Part shown: one piece after another, positions 1 through 9,611 of the stretch
Layout: the number at the start of each line of letters is the position of its first letter
How positions within the stretch are numbered: the first letter of the stretch is position 1
NCBI GenBank assembly: GCA_030614005.1
Contig: JAUWKS010000024.1
Span: 16,166-48,165, forward strand
From: Candidatus Heimdallarchaeota archaeon
Lineage (GTDB): Archaea > Asgardarchaeota > Heimdallarchaeia > JABLTI01
DNA length: 32,000 nucleotides
Direction of reading: 5' to 3'
Translations under genes and position numbers: made by a program
The notes under the pieces: generated by a model
What the model was told of the DNA's origin: nothing
What the model saw: the letters and a program-made list of their open reading frames with translations, nothing else
Database searches by the model: none

Positions 1-1
1 T

Positions 2-853
2 CATAAAATAGCACTCGATTACGGTAAATTCACTAAGGATTTCAACGGTTTCAAATTTGCAGCCAAGTCAGGTACTATTCATCAATCTGAAACAATAGGT
101 ATTATTGGTCCTAATGGTATTGGTAAAACTACTTTTGCTAAGATCCTTGCAGGGGATGAAACACCTACTACTGGTAAAGTGAGACTTGATGTTGATCTTC
201 CAGAGATTTCTAAAGAGGAAAACGAAGAAGACGACAAAATAAAAGAAAAGCAAGGAGTAAAAATCGCTCATAAACCTCAATACATAAACTTAGAGTTTGA
301 GGGAACAGTTGAAGAATTCTTCCGCACAATTAGTGACACATTATTAGCTGATCCTTGGACAAGAGCTGAAATAATTAGACCACTCAAAATTGAAAGTTTA
401 TTAACTAGAAATATCTCGGGCTTAAGTGGTGGTGAATTACAAAAAATAGCTATTGCCGGAACACTTGCACAATCATGTGATATGTATTTGATTGACGAAC
501 CTAGTGCTTATCTGGATTCAGAAACAAGATTGATTGTTGGTAAAGTGATTCAAAAAATAGTTCGATCCAGTGGTAGAGCAGCATTCGTTATTGATCACGA
601 TCTTATGTTCATCGATTATCTTAGTGATAGTTTAATGGTTTTTGAAGGAGAATCTGGAGTAAGTGGTAAAGTTAAGTCACCAACTACTTTGCGAAGAGGT
701 ATGAATAAATTCCTCAAAGCAGTAGATGTTACTTTCCGAAGAGATAAAGTCAGTGGACGACCTCGAGTTAATAAGAAGAATTCGAGATTAGATCGAACAC
801 AAAGAGATGTTGGCGAATTCTATTATGTCCCTACTTCATTAGAAAAAGAGTAA
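2..853 (+). CDS. rli: ABCE1/RLI ribosome-recycling ABC ATPase, C-terminal NBD2 (5' end lies outside the window)
   Basis: The frame of ORF 179..853 is open back to base 2 (HKIALDYGKF...) and contains Walker A GPNGIGKTT, KPQY, signature LSGGELQ, Walker B YLIDEPSAYLD, VIDHD and the ABCE1 hinge TFRRD..SGRPRVNK..SRLDR.Q. Confidence 0.95.
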   Translation, partial: HKIALDYGKFTKDFNGFKFAAKSGTIHQSETIGIIGPNGIGKTTFAKILAGDETPTTGKVRLDVDLPEISKEENEEDDKIKEKQGVKIAHKPQYINLEFEGTVEEFFRTISDTLLADPWTRAEIIRPLKIESLLTRNISGLSGGELQKIAIAGTLAQSCDMYLIDEPSAYLDSETRLIVGKVIQKIVRSSGRAAFVIDHDLMFIDYLSDSLMVFEGESGVSGKVKSPTTLRRGMNKFLKAVDVTFRRDKVSGRPRVNKKNSRLDRTQRDVGEFYYVPTSLEKE

Positions 854-873
854 GAAAAAGTGAAGAATTACAG

Positions 874-2295
874 TTACATGAAATTAACTGTTTCTTCATC
901 ACTGGGATCTTGACCATAAATGCGTTCATGAGCCCATGAAAATGGTCTTACTTTTTTATCCATTTCTTCAAGCAACCAATCCATGATCTTTTCACCAACA
1001 TTTTCACCATAGATCTTCTTGGCATTTCTCATAGTCTTGATTGTTTCAGTATCTTCTTTGATGAATTCAACGATATTTTTGATATTTTCGGGAGTGGATG
1101 GTGGAACAAGGACATTGGATTGGGCATCAAAAATCGATTCCGGTCTATCGGTGTTAAAGCGCAGTGTTAAGCATAACACTTTTTGAATCTCGTTTAGTTC
1201 TTCCTGGATACTACCTGAATCAGTAAGCTCTGCAAAGCATTTGCCGCTCTTCCAAAATTCGATCACTTGACCATACTCTCTCCATAGTGGAGTGAAAATA
1301 AAATTATCGTATTTATCGTGAGCTTGTAAAACTTTCTTTCGTAAATTGAATTCTTCAAGAGCCCGCTTAGTAGCATTTAGTTCACACCAAGTTATTGGTA
1401 CACCATCTTTAACAAGGTCTAATACACCACTAACAATAGCTTTGAATCGTTTTGCAGTAAGATTACCACGACGATGAACGTCTACTCGTATCCAGTCATC
1501 ATATTTCTCAAGATCCGGAAAGTCATCAAAAGCAGAGGTTTCTGGTTTGGGGACGAGATTTATGGCATCAACAACAGTATTTCCAACGACTCTAATTGAT
1601 TTCTCAGGATATCCCTCTCTTAACAAATGCCCTCTTGCTGTCTCACAAGAAGCAAAGAGATATGATGCACCAGCTCCTGCAATAAAAGTATCCCATTGTT
1701 CCGGCCAAGGTTCAGCTCGATTCAATTCCCATTCACCATACCATTGCTTTTGAATAAAATCTTGAACATCGGGAATTGTTTCTTTGAGCTGATTGATCTC
1801 ATGGAAAGATTTTGGATGCATACCCCTAATTCCCGCTTCATTCTGGCCAACACCAGAGCGAGTAGACAGAAACCAAGCAGCAGAAACGATAGCTGCTGTC
1901 AGCGTATCACCATGAGGTATTGGTAAAACAACTCTCTTAGGATATTCCCTTTGTAACCATTTACCAATGTGACCTATTTTATAGAAAATTTCAACTGACT
2001 TTTGCAGTAAATCCCCTTTTATCTGTAAATCAATTAGCGGATTCATCTGAAATTCTTGTATTCCATGACCCAATAAATTATCGTAATGTTGACCTGTTGT
2101 TGTACATATCACAGGTATATTTTTCTTATTTGCCCAATAAAGAAGTGGGGCTTGCTTGTAGAAATCAGGTTTTGTCCCAATTGCAACCATTAAAATCCAT
2201 TTACTTGTATCTGAACCTTCTATTACTTTTCTAATTTCTTTTTCATTTACTTTTGGTGGGCTAAAATCTGGTTTTGGTTGCTCAAATGAAGTCAT
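874..2295 (-). CDS. wecB: UDP-N-acetylglucosamine 2-epimerase (non-hydrolysing WecB family), divergent
   Basis: Motifs GTKPD (cf. GTRPE), TGQH, HGDT, EAGIR, PWPE, VGNTVVDA, HRRGN, TDSGSIQEE, LRFNTDRPE. Confidence 0.88.
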   Translation of the reverse strand: MTSFEQPKPDFSPPKVNEKEIRKVIEGSDTSKWILMVAIGTKPDFYKQAPLLYWANKKNIPVICTTTGQHYDNLLGHGIQEFQMNPLIDLQIKGDLLQKSVEIFYKIGHIGKWLQREYPKRVVLPIPHGDTLTAAIVSAAWFLSTRSGVGQNEAGIRGMHPKSFHEINQLKETIPDVQDFIQKQWYGEWELNRAEPWPEQWDTFIAGAGASYLFASCETARGHLLREGYPEKSIRVVGNTVVDAINLVPKPETSAFDDFPDLEKYDDWIRVDVHRRGNLTAKRFKAIVSGVLDLVKDGVPITWCELNATKRALEEFNLRKKVLQAHDKYDNFIFTPLWREYGQVIEFWKSGKCFAELTDSGSIQEELNEIQKVLCLTLRFNTDRPESIFDAQSNVLVPPSTPENIKNIVEFIKEDTETIKTMRNAKKIYGENVGEKIMDWLLEEMDKKVRPFSWAHERIYGQDPSDEETVNFM

Positions 2296-2420
2296 ATATA
2301 ATCACTCTAATATCTACTGTGAAATAGAATATTTATACGTCTTTTATTTTTAAAACTTTTTAAAATAATAATACAAAAAATGACCCAAATCCCATATTTA
2401 CCCTATAAGTAGCACTAAAT

Positions 2421-3401
2421 TTAGCTTTGAATGCTTTTCTTTAGCATCTCACTATTTATTTTTCCAAATGAATGGGTTTTTCCAGTACTTGTATTATTAA
2501 CATTTAATTTCGCAGGAGCAAAGATAGCAGGATCTATCTTGTAAAAATCACCCTTCGCTTCCTTAACAATTTCATAAAATAATGAACCATATTTTGGTGA
2601 TGTTTCTGAAGTTGCTTTCTTGAGATATTCAATCAGTTTATTTTCGTCCTTACATTCAACTTGTAAGAACACCTCTGCACCATAAATTAACATATCATTC
2701 GTTCGTCCCATCATTAAATCAGTGTTACTCTGATGAATGGGTGCAATTGGTGCGGAACCACTTGCAGAAATAATTTGAGAAACATCCATTCCAAGATCAA
2801 ATAATTTATGTAAAGCCGTTTCAACGGATCTCCCAGAAATTTGGGTAGAGCCTGCAATGCTGGTTGTAGAAACAAGAACAACATATAGACAATCTAATTC
2901 AACGTGACATTTATCAGCTATATATTTCAAAACTTTATCAGTAGGATATTTATCCGTTTCTAAAACAATAACAGTTTCCTCAATTTCTTCAACTAATGGT
3001 AACTTCTCGAATATGTGCTTTGGTTTTCGAGCAAGGACTCTTGCAGGACCACTACCCATTGCTTTGTAATTGTCTTTATCAATTGACCACCCTGCGAATT
3101 GTGATCCCAAAGTCGCTTCAACGGGGAAGTCTGTTATAATAGAGATAGATGAAAGAGAAAAATCATCAGTAAACTTTGTCGTAGTAAGTGAAACGTCTCC
3201 AATACCACCTAAACAAAGTTGAGTTACATATTCTCCCGCTAAGTAGCCTCCTTTTGCTTTAATGCCAAAATCAATAATTATTGGTCCAAGCTTTGTTTCT
3301 AGAACTTTAGCTTTTAGCACATCACTATTACTTAGCATTTCATCGAATAGTTCGATAGCAGCGGCATTCAAATTTGACTGAATAGTTTTTTTACTTGGCA
3401 A
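2421..3401 (-). CDS. mch: Methenyltetrahydromethanopterin cyclohydrolase
   Basis: Motifs IDFG, LCLGG, LGSQFAGW, MGSGPARVLARKP, STQISGRSVETALHKL, MGRTNDMLIYG, IDPAIFAPA. TTG start with GGTGG SD. Confidence 0.95.
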   Translation of the reverse strand: MPSKKTIQSNLNAAAIELFDEMLSNSDVLKAKVLETKLGPIIIDFGIKAKGGYLAGEYVTQLCLGGIGDVSLTTTKFTDDFSLSSISIITDFPVEATLGSQFAGWSIDKDNYKAMGSGPARVLARKPKHIFEKLPLVEEIEETVIVLETDKYPTDKVLKYIADKCHVELDCLYVVLVSTTSIAGSTQISGRSVETALHKLFDLGMDVSQIISASGSAPIAPIHQSNTDLMMGRTNDMLIYGAEVFLQVECKDENKLIEYLKKATSETSPKYGSLFYEIVKEAKGDFYKIDPAIFAPAKLNVNNTSTGKTHSFGKINSEMLKKSIQS

Positions 3402-3425
3402 CTTAATTCCACCATTCTCTTCGCA

Positions 3426-4313
3426 TCAAATAAGCTCTTTCAAATTAATATTAATAGAACCTAATTTTCCATCATAATTTGAGCTAGTAATTTTCAATAC
3501 TCTCTTGTCAACCTTGAGAACATTAATTATACTACTCATAGCTTTTTTCATTTCATCAATGTTAATAGCGTTAATGACTATTTCATATGCACATTTGCCA
3601 TCTTTTGGTAGAGAACTATCTTCAATTTTATCCTTAAGAGTGGGGCAGAATTTATGATTTGTAGATTCATTCATAAACGAGTATTTTGAACCTATCTTTG
3701 ATCCGGCACGGCAAATTCCACCAGGAAATGCAGTAATTCCTTTTGCACCGGAATTTTGTAAAGCTTTAATCCCATCTCTTGCTGCATTAAGTGTATCTAT
3801 TTCAGATTCACCTATTATTATCAAAACTCCACCAGCAATTCCTTTGCCCATTTGGAATGATTCCTCGATTAGAAAAGAACCATCCATTACAGGAATATTC
3901 CACATTGTTTTATCAAAAAGTGTGACTTTCTTCTGATGCCCATCACCAAAATAAGAAATCAATTTACCAATAGGTTCTGATTTATCTCCATCTTCGAGCA
4001 TATTGAAGATGTTTGTAGTAGGAGCTGTAAGAGCACTTTGTGATAACCTTGCTAACAATGCTTCTTTCATCTTCGAGCTATTTTGAGCCCAAATTTGAAT
4101 TATTACTCCTGCTCTTCCATCAGGTGTTTCAGTTGGATTCAAAATTTTTTCTATTCCTGCTTCAGCAGAACACATTATTATACTGGTAGCAAAACCTACG
4201 GTATTGTTTGCAGCAATTAATGCTAATTCTAAATCAGCTGCAGTGATTAATATGCGTGAATAACGCATTTTAAAACATTCAGAAAAAGTATCTTCAACCT
4301 TTGCTTGACTCAT
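3426..4313 (-). CDS. ftr: Formylmethanofuran:tetrahydromethanopterin N-formyltransferase
   Basis: Motifs EDTFSECF, SRILITA, FATSIIMCSAEAGIE, TPDGRAG, PVMDG, GIAGG, FPGGICRAGSKIGSKY, STNHKFCPTL, AYEIVINA, NYDGKLG. Start moved to ATG 4313, 1 nt after the upstream stop codon. Confidence 0.95.
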   Translation of the reverse strand: MSQAKVEDTFSECFKMRYSRILITAADLELALIAANNTVGFATSIIMCSAEAGIEKILNPTETPDGRAGVIIQIWAQNSSKMKEALLARLSQSALTAPTTNIFNMLEDGDKSEPIGKLISYFGDGHQKKVTLFDKTMWNIPVMDGSFLIEESFQMGKGIAGGVLIIIGESEIDTLNAARDGIKALQNSGAKGITAFPGGICRAGSKIGSKYSFMNESTNHKFCPTLKDKIEDSSLPKDGKCAYEIVINAINIDEMKKAMSSIINVLKVDKRVLKITSSNYDGKLGSININLKELI

Positions 4314-4314
4314 T

Positions 4315-4761
4315 TTATCTTCTCTCAGGTATATTTTCTTGTTGGTGTTCATGGTCAAGTATATGTTCGTTAAATGCTCTTTGCCACCGAGATTCAGTTA
4401 CTATGGGAGCAATCCCAAATGTGCAAGCCCCTAGAATAACAAATGTTAAGACAGCTTTAATTCCAATTGAACAATTTTCTGGGCTTTGTATACACGAAGT
4501 GCGAATATGATCATAAAGCAGAGTGTATTTAATATAAATTGGATAGAATGGGAAGATAAATAGAAAAATCAGCATAGTAGTGGGGTTAGTTATCAAAGGA
4601 TAAGCTCTTGGTTCTGTTTCAAACGCTTTCTCGTGATGTTCCTCAAAATCTTGGAATAGCCAATATTGGTATATAATATAATAAATCCCAAAAGTTACTA
4701 TTGATAAGAATAACACTCGTCTATATTTTCTCATAGTTCCAAATTTGTGTTCTTTAGGCAT
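4315..4761 (-). CDS. DUF4234-like small membrane protein
   Basis: Two related segments LFLSIVTFGIYYIIYQY and VILGACTFGIAPIV. Start reassigned to MPKEHKFG (ATG 4761). Stop abuts the ftr start. Confidence 0.6.
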   Translation of the reverse strand: MPKEHKFGTMRKYRRVLFLSIVTFGIYYIIYQYWLFQDFEEHHEKAFETEPRAYPLITNPTTMLIFLFIFPFYPIYIKYTLLYDHIRTSCIQSPENCSIGIKAVLTFVILGACTFGIAPIVTESRWQRAFNEHILDHEHQQENIPERR

Positions 4762-4900
4762 TCTGCAACACTCCACAAAGCCGTTGATTAATAAAACAAC
4801 AATCATTACTATTAAAGACTTTTCAAGGAATAGAATTTCGTTACTTGAATTTTTGAAGAAAAAAAGAGGCAGAAGATACCTTGTAAACAAGGTAACTTTC

Positions 4901-5641
4901 TTATTTTAACATCTCAGTGGTTTTTAGGCTATCCCAAGCTTTCGCATCCCCACGTTTAATCTTCCTAAATTCAGGAAGATGTCTTATGGTTATTACAAGC
5001 CACATCCCAAGGGCATAAAGAAGGATAAAAGGCCACCCGAGCTGTCCATCTGTGAAATAAATATGAGGCCAGAATGCTATAAACAGATCAGCTAATCCTA
5101 AAGAAGCAGAAATTGTATCTACAAGATACCAGAGCGGAGAAATGAAGAGTAACGACCAACAAGAGCCGATACCAGAAAAGCCGCTTACACGTATCATAAC
5201 AAAAACGGCAACCATCCAGAATAAAGCTGTAGGCCAATAAATATAGACAAATAATCCAAGGCAAGTACCTAAACCTTTACCGCCTTTAAATCCTAGATAA
5301 GGCATCCAACAGTGACCAGCCACTGCTGCAATTGCGCATAATATTACATAAAATTGTGTATAGAAGCCTTCTGAACTAGTTTCTACAATTGGCGCTATAA
5401 GGTATTCAACTATTGCTACTGCAAGGGCTCCTTTTACAATATCAACTGAAAAAGTTATTGTGCCCCATGGCCATAACCCTGCGGCACGAATAGTATTTCT
5501 TGTGCTTACAGAACCTGAACCAAATTCTCTGGGGTCAATACCAGCAACGCTTTTACTGACAATATACGCTGTTGGGAATCCACCAATAAGAAAACCAATT
5601 ATAGGTGATATAAAGAAAGGCCAAATAAGTGCGAACGACAA
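4901..5641 (-). CDS. plsY: Glycerol-3-phosphate acyltransferase PlsY family (acyl-phosphate type), divergent motifs
   Basis: Multi-TM protein with GGFPTAY, DPREFGSGSVSTRN (motif 1), DIVKG, AVAGHCWMPYLGFKGGKG (motif 2) and RHLPEF (motif 3). Confidence 0.85.
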   Translation of the reverse strand: MSFALIWPFFISPIIGFLIGGFPTAYIVSKSVAGIDPREFGSGSVSTRNTIRAAGLWPWGTITFSVDIVKGALAVAIVEYLIAPIVETSSEGFYTQFYVILCAIAAVAGHCWMPYLGFKGGKGLGTCLGLFVYIYWPTALFWMVAVFVMIRVSGFSGIGSCWSLLFISPLWYLVDTISASLGLADLFIAFWPHIYFTDGQLGWPFILLYALGMWLVITIRHLPEFRKIKRGDAKAWDSLKTTEMLK

Positions 5642-5741
5642 ATTAAATCACTAGTGCGTTCTATAATTTCCGCATTTAAAAAAAATTCGCTTGTAATGAC
5701 TCTTTGACAATCAAATAATGGAAAAAGAATTGAAAAAATGG

Positions 5742-6449
5742 TTAAGCAAGACTTACTTTATTCTTAGCTAATAGAAGCAACCCATGCGTTTCCAACTCAA
5801 CTAAGCGTTCATCTAAAGTTTCTTCAGAAATATGGAGGATAATAGACAAATCTTTAATTTCCAATATTCCACCTCGAGATGCCAATGTTTGAACAATGCG
5901 TTGATCCATTCGTTGAGGTAGCAGCTCAAAAGAAATCGCGCGAATTTGGCGACGTATATTAGAATATGTTGCTTCTGCAATTGATTTTGCAACATTTATA
6001 TCTTGAAGTTCCACACCTAGGCTCTTCAACAATTCACTATATTCCGAAAGTTTACTTGTGGAATGTGGTTGTTTAGCTAACTCAGCGCATTTTTGGACTA
6101 TTTCATCAAGTTCTGGAAAATCATCAGGTGTTTGGATAGCTATTTTCGGAACATCAAATAAACCAATATCAAACATTTCAGGAGAAATCTGTACTTCAAC
6201 ACGTACAGCTCTTGCAATTGAATAATACCTACGAGGAGCGCCTTGACCAGCATCTTTGAAATCAGATTCAAGCAAACCGGCTGTTTCAAGTAATTGAAGA
6301 TGTCTGAAAATGGCTTGTTGACCTAACTCAAGTTGGTATGATAATTGAGAAAGGTACATTGGTTCTGATGCAAGCATAGAAAGTATTTTTCTCCTTGTAC
6401 CACTCTTTAGAGCCAAGAATATCTGATCAGTATCAGTCATTTTCATCAT
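5742..6449 (-). CDS. phr: Phr/HSR1-like heat-shock transcriptional repressor (ArsR-type wHTH) with an extra C-terminal wHTH-like segment; start uncertain (6440-6476)
   Basis: TRRKILSML..PMYLSQLS..LELGQQAIFRHLQLLETAGLLES...GAPRRYY resembles Pyrococcus Phr as recalled. Lies directly downstream of hsp20-cdc48. Confidence 0.75.
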   Translation of the reverse strand: MMKMTDTDQIFLALKSGTRRKILSMLASEPMYLSQLSYQLELGQQAIFRHLQLLETAGLLESDFKDAGQGAPRRYYSIARAVRVEVQISPEMFDIGLFDVPKIAIQTPDDFPELDEIVQKCAELAKQPHSTSKLSEYSELLKSLGVELQDINVAKSIAEATYSNIRRQIRAISFELLPQRMDQRIVQTLASRGGILEIKDLSIILHISEETLDERLVELETHGLLLLAKNKVSLA

Positions 6450-6513
6450 CTTTTTACCGTTTTTTCTTTTATTCAATATTTATGTCATTGTATATTTCTT
6501 CATTCTACTTACT

Positions 6514-8757
6514 CTAAATGAAAGTTGAAACTTCGCCATCCTTAAACTTTTCATTTATACCACGATATCGTTTCAAATCTTCAGACGTTCCTTTGTGGAT
6601 TTTTGCCAAAGCTTGTTCGAATAGTTTATGGGAAATTGTAAATTCTTTCTTTGAAAGTTTCTCAATAGCTTCTTCTTGTGTCATTGATTTGGTAATAAAA
6701 TTTCTAACGGCTAACATACCTGTTTCTTTTACCATCGAGGCTATATCTGCTCCAGTAAATCCTTCTGTTTCTTTAGCAAGAGTACTAAGATTTACATTAC
6801 TTGATAATGGCATATTTTGAGTATGTATTTTCAAAATCGCTTTTCTACCTTTGAGATTTGGTAAATCAATACTAATGTAGCGATCTGTTCTTCCAGGTCG
6901 TAGGATTGCAGGATCAATAATATCTGGTCGATTAGATGCCATAATAACTACCACATTCTTTAGCTTTGATAAGCCATCAATTTCGGTTAGTAATTGACTA
7001 ACTACTCGTTCAGTGACATTATTATCACCTGATCCTACACGTCGAGGAGTTATACTATCAACTTCATCCATAAAAATGATACATGGTGCAGATTGTCGTG
7101 CCTTACGGAAAATTTCTCGAATCGCTTTTTCTGATTCACCGACCCATTTACTCAGCATTTCAGGACCTTTTATACTAATGAAGTTGGTTTCACTCTCCGT
7201 TGCCACTGCTTTTGCTAAAAGAGTTTTACCTGTTCCTGGAGGACCATATAAAAGTATTCCTTTGGGTGGATCTATACCAGCTGCAGTAAAAACTTCAGGA
7301 TATTTGATTGGCCATTCTATTGCTTCTTTTAATTGGTGAATAGCATTTTCTAAACCACCAATTTGATCCCATGTGACATCGGGTTTTTCAACAAATACTT
7401 CACGCAGAGCAGAAGGTTCTACCATCGCCAAAGCGTTTTGGAAATCGTTTTGTGTGACTTCAATTTCTTGTAACACTTCAGGTGGTACCGTTTCTTCTTG
7501 CCAATCAATTTTCGGCAAAATATTTCGTAAAGCACTCATTGCTGCTTCTTTTACAAGAGCAGCCATATCTGCACCTACAAAACCGTGAGTAACTTTTGCA
7601 ACTCGTTCCAAATCAAAATCTTCTGTAAGAGGCATTCCTCGAGTATGAATTTGAAGTATATCAAAACGACCTTGGGCATCAGGCACACCAATTTCTATTT
7701 CACGATCGAATCTTCCTCCACGCCTTAGTGCAGGATCAAGGGAATTGGGTCTGTTTGTAGCAGCAATTACAACAACTTGTCCACGACTCTGGAGACCGTC
7801 CATCAATGCAAGTAATTGAGCAACAACTCTTCTTTCAACTTCACCAGTTACTTCAGAGCGTTTTGGAGCAATTGCATCAATTTCATCAATAAAGATTATA
7901 GATGGAGCGTTATCTTCTGCTTCTTTGAAAACACCACGAATATTGGCTTCACTTTCACCATAAAATTTCGACATAATCTCTGGACCGCTCAAGTGTATAA
8001 AATGACAATCTGTCTCACCAGCAACAGCTTTAGCTAACATTGTTTTACCAGTTCCAGGAGGACCGTATAAAAGCAATCCTTTGGGAGCTTCTACACCAAG
8101 TTTTTCAAAGATTTCTGGGTACCTCAAAGGAAGCTCAATCATTTCTCGGAGCTTCTGGATAACATCCTCTAATCCACCAATATCCTCATAGCTAATTTGA
8201 GCTATTTTTGTATCCTCAGCAGAAATAGGAGCAGATCGTAAATCGATAGATGTTTTCTCTGAAACAATGACTGTATTTATTTGTTTAGGAGAAACTCTTG
8301 CAACTTTGAAAACGATTTGATTTCCTCCGAGTATTTGAATTCTAATTTGATCACCTATAGAAACAGGTCGACCATTAAGAATTTGTAGAAGAAATTTACC
8401 ATCCAGTTCCCCTCTAATTTGCTGTGTTGGAGCAACGACCACTTTTGTTCCAGTAGGAGGTTTTATTGGTTGTATTGTAACAAATTCATCTAGCTTTACA
8501 CCAGAATTTAACCTAATAGTACCATCTATTCTGATGATTCCTTTTTTCTCGTCTTCAGGATATCCCGGCCAAACTTTTGCAGCAGTTCGTGTTTTTCCAA
8601 CTACTTCAATAATGTCTCCAGCAGATAATCCCAATTGTTTCATAATTGAATGACCGATTCTGGCTAAACCTTTGCCTACATCCCTGTACTGTGAATCTGA
8701 CACTCGTAAACGTATTAATTTATCTCTATTTTTATCTTCTATTCCAGTAGATGACAT
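6514..8757 (-). CDS. cdc48: CDC48/VCP/p97 family AAA+ ATPase
   Basis: N-domain (DVGKGLARI) plus two AAA modules: [35 protein letters not shown] and [27 protein letters not shown]. Confidence 0.97.
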   Translation of the reverse strand: MSSTGIEDKNRDKLIRLRVSDSQYRDVGKGLARIGHSIMKQLGLSAGDIIEVVGKTRTAAKVWPGYPEDEKKGIIRIDGTIRLNSGVKLDEFVTIQPIKPPTGTKVVVAPTQQIRGELDGKFLLQILNGRPVSIGDQIRIQILGGNQIVFKVARVSPKQINTVIVSEKTSIDLRSAPISAEDTKIAQISYEDIGGLEDVIQKLREMIELPLRYPEIFEKLGVEAPKGLLLYGPPGTGKTMLAKAVAGETDCHFIHLSGPEIMSKFYGESEANIRGVFKEAEDNAPSIIFIDEIDAIAPKRSEVTGEVERRVVAQLLALMDGLQSRGQVVVIAATNRPNSLDPALRRGGRFDREIEIGVPDAQGRFDILQIHTRGMPLTEDFDLERVAKVTHGFVGADMAALVKEAAMSALRNILPKIDWQEETVPPEVLQEIEVTQNDFQNALAMVEPSALREVFVEKPDVTWDQIGGLENAIHQLKEAIEWPIKYPEVFTAAGIDPPKGILLYGPPGTGKTLLAKAVATESETNFISIKGPEMLSKWVGESEKAIREIFRKARQSAPCIIFMDEVDSITPRRVGSGDNNVTERVVSQLLTEIDGLSKLKNVVVIMASNRPDIIDPAILRPGRTDRYISIDLPNLKGRKAILKIHTQNMPLSSNVNLSTLAKETEGFTGADIASMVKETGMLAVRNFITKSMTQEEAIEKLSKKEFTISHKLFEQALAKIHKGTSEDLKRYRGINEKFKDGEVSTFI

Positions 8758-8817
8758 ACTATTCCATCTCCATTAAATATGTAATATTTTGCTTACTGAT
8801 TTTAAAAAGTAAAAATC

Positions 8818-9402
8818 TTATTCGATCTTTACTTCAAATCCTTGCTCAGCCTTAGCATGTTCTTTTCTTTCCACAGTTAGTTCTAGGATTCCGTTGCGGT
8901 ATTTTGCAACAGCTGTTTTTGGATTAATCTTTACAGATAATTCTCGTTCGCAAGAGTAATTACGATCAGGACCTGTTGCACTGATAATAATCTTTGAGTC
9001 AGTAGTTTTAACATTAACTTCGTTTTTTGCTACACCAGGAAGTTCTGCAACAACTCGAACAACCTTATCTTCAATGAAGACATCTACAAGCGGTTCGCGA
9101 TCTTTTGTAGCGATAGGAGCTCCTTTTAGTGATGGTTTTACATTTCCAAATTCTTTGAAAACTGGTTTTCCGTCAGGACCTATACTCATATTCCATCCCC
9201 ATGTTAGTGGACCCATTTTTTTTCTAAATGCTTCAGGATCCGAAGCATCAAAATTTTCCATCATTTTGTTTACTTCTTCCATTAGTTGAGCAATGAATTC
9301 TTCATTAAAAACTCCACTATTTTCGAATAAATCAAAAGGCAACCATGGGAACATTTCTTTCCATTTCTCATATTCATCGTCTTTTTTTCTTCTCCAAGAC
9401 AT
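8818..9402 (-). CDS. hsp20: Archaeal small heat-shock protein Hsp20
   Basis: GPLTWGWNMSIGPDGKPVFKEFGNV, REPLVDV, AELPGV, AKYRNGILE. True start taken as MSWRRKK (ATG 9402) with GAGGT SD; the longer 9582 extension looks non-coding. Confidence 0.93.
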   Translation of the reverse strand: MSWRRKKDDEYEKWKEMFPWLPFDLFENSGVFNEEFIAQLMEEVNKMMENFDASDPEAFRKKMGPLTWGWNMSIGPDGKPVFKEFGNVKPSLKGAPIATKDREPLVDVFIEDKVVRVVAELPGVAKNEVNVKTTDSKIIISATGPDRNYSCERELSVKINPKTAVAKYRNGILELTVERKEHAKAEQGFEVKIE

Positions 9403-9454
9403 TATTAGTACCTCATTTTTCAGTAATTTGTTGAAATAGTTCTTTTTCTCACAG

Positions 9455-9475
9455 TTTAGAGAGTTACTCACTAAA
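9455..9475. promoter_or_regulatory. Candidate operator palindrome for the hsp20-cdc48-phr cluster
   Basis: TTTAGAGAGT-T-ACTCACTAAA, 9 of 10 arm pairs complementary. Lies between the TATA-like box (9506-9513) and the hsp20 start. Confidence 0.6.
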
Positions 9476-9505
9476 AAGTTAATAGTAAAACAACTATCTA
9501 AGCAA

Positions 9506-9513
9506 TATTTAAA
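9506..9513 (-). promoter_or_regulatory. Putative TATA box of hsp20
   Basis: TTTAAATA on the minus strand preceded by purine-rich GATAAGG (BRE-like), about 105 nt upstream of the ATG. Confidence 0.45.
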
Positions 9514-9611
9514 CCTTATCATATTGATTGAAAAATAACTAATCAAGTAAAAGCTAGAAAAATAAAGTAATGGAAAAAACAAGAGAAAAAGTTGTTAGAT
9601 AAGACTAACAA

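Noticed and set aside
2421-4313. ftr/mch as evidence for methanogenesis
   Set aside because: These genes are widespread in non-methanogenic archaea; no mcr or mtr is present in the window.
4762-4890. N-terminal extension of the DUF4234-like ORF
   Set aside because: It reads like intergenic AT-rich sequence; the downstream ATG fits the domain start.
9403-9582. N-terminal extension of Hsp20
   Set aside because: Low-complexity F/L/Y/S translation that covers the promoter and palindrome; the SD supports ATG 9402.
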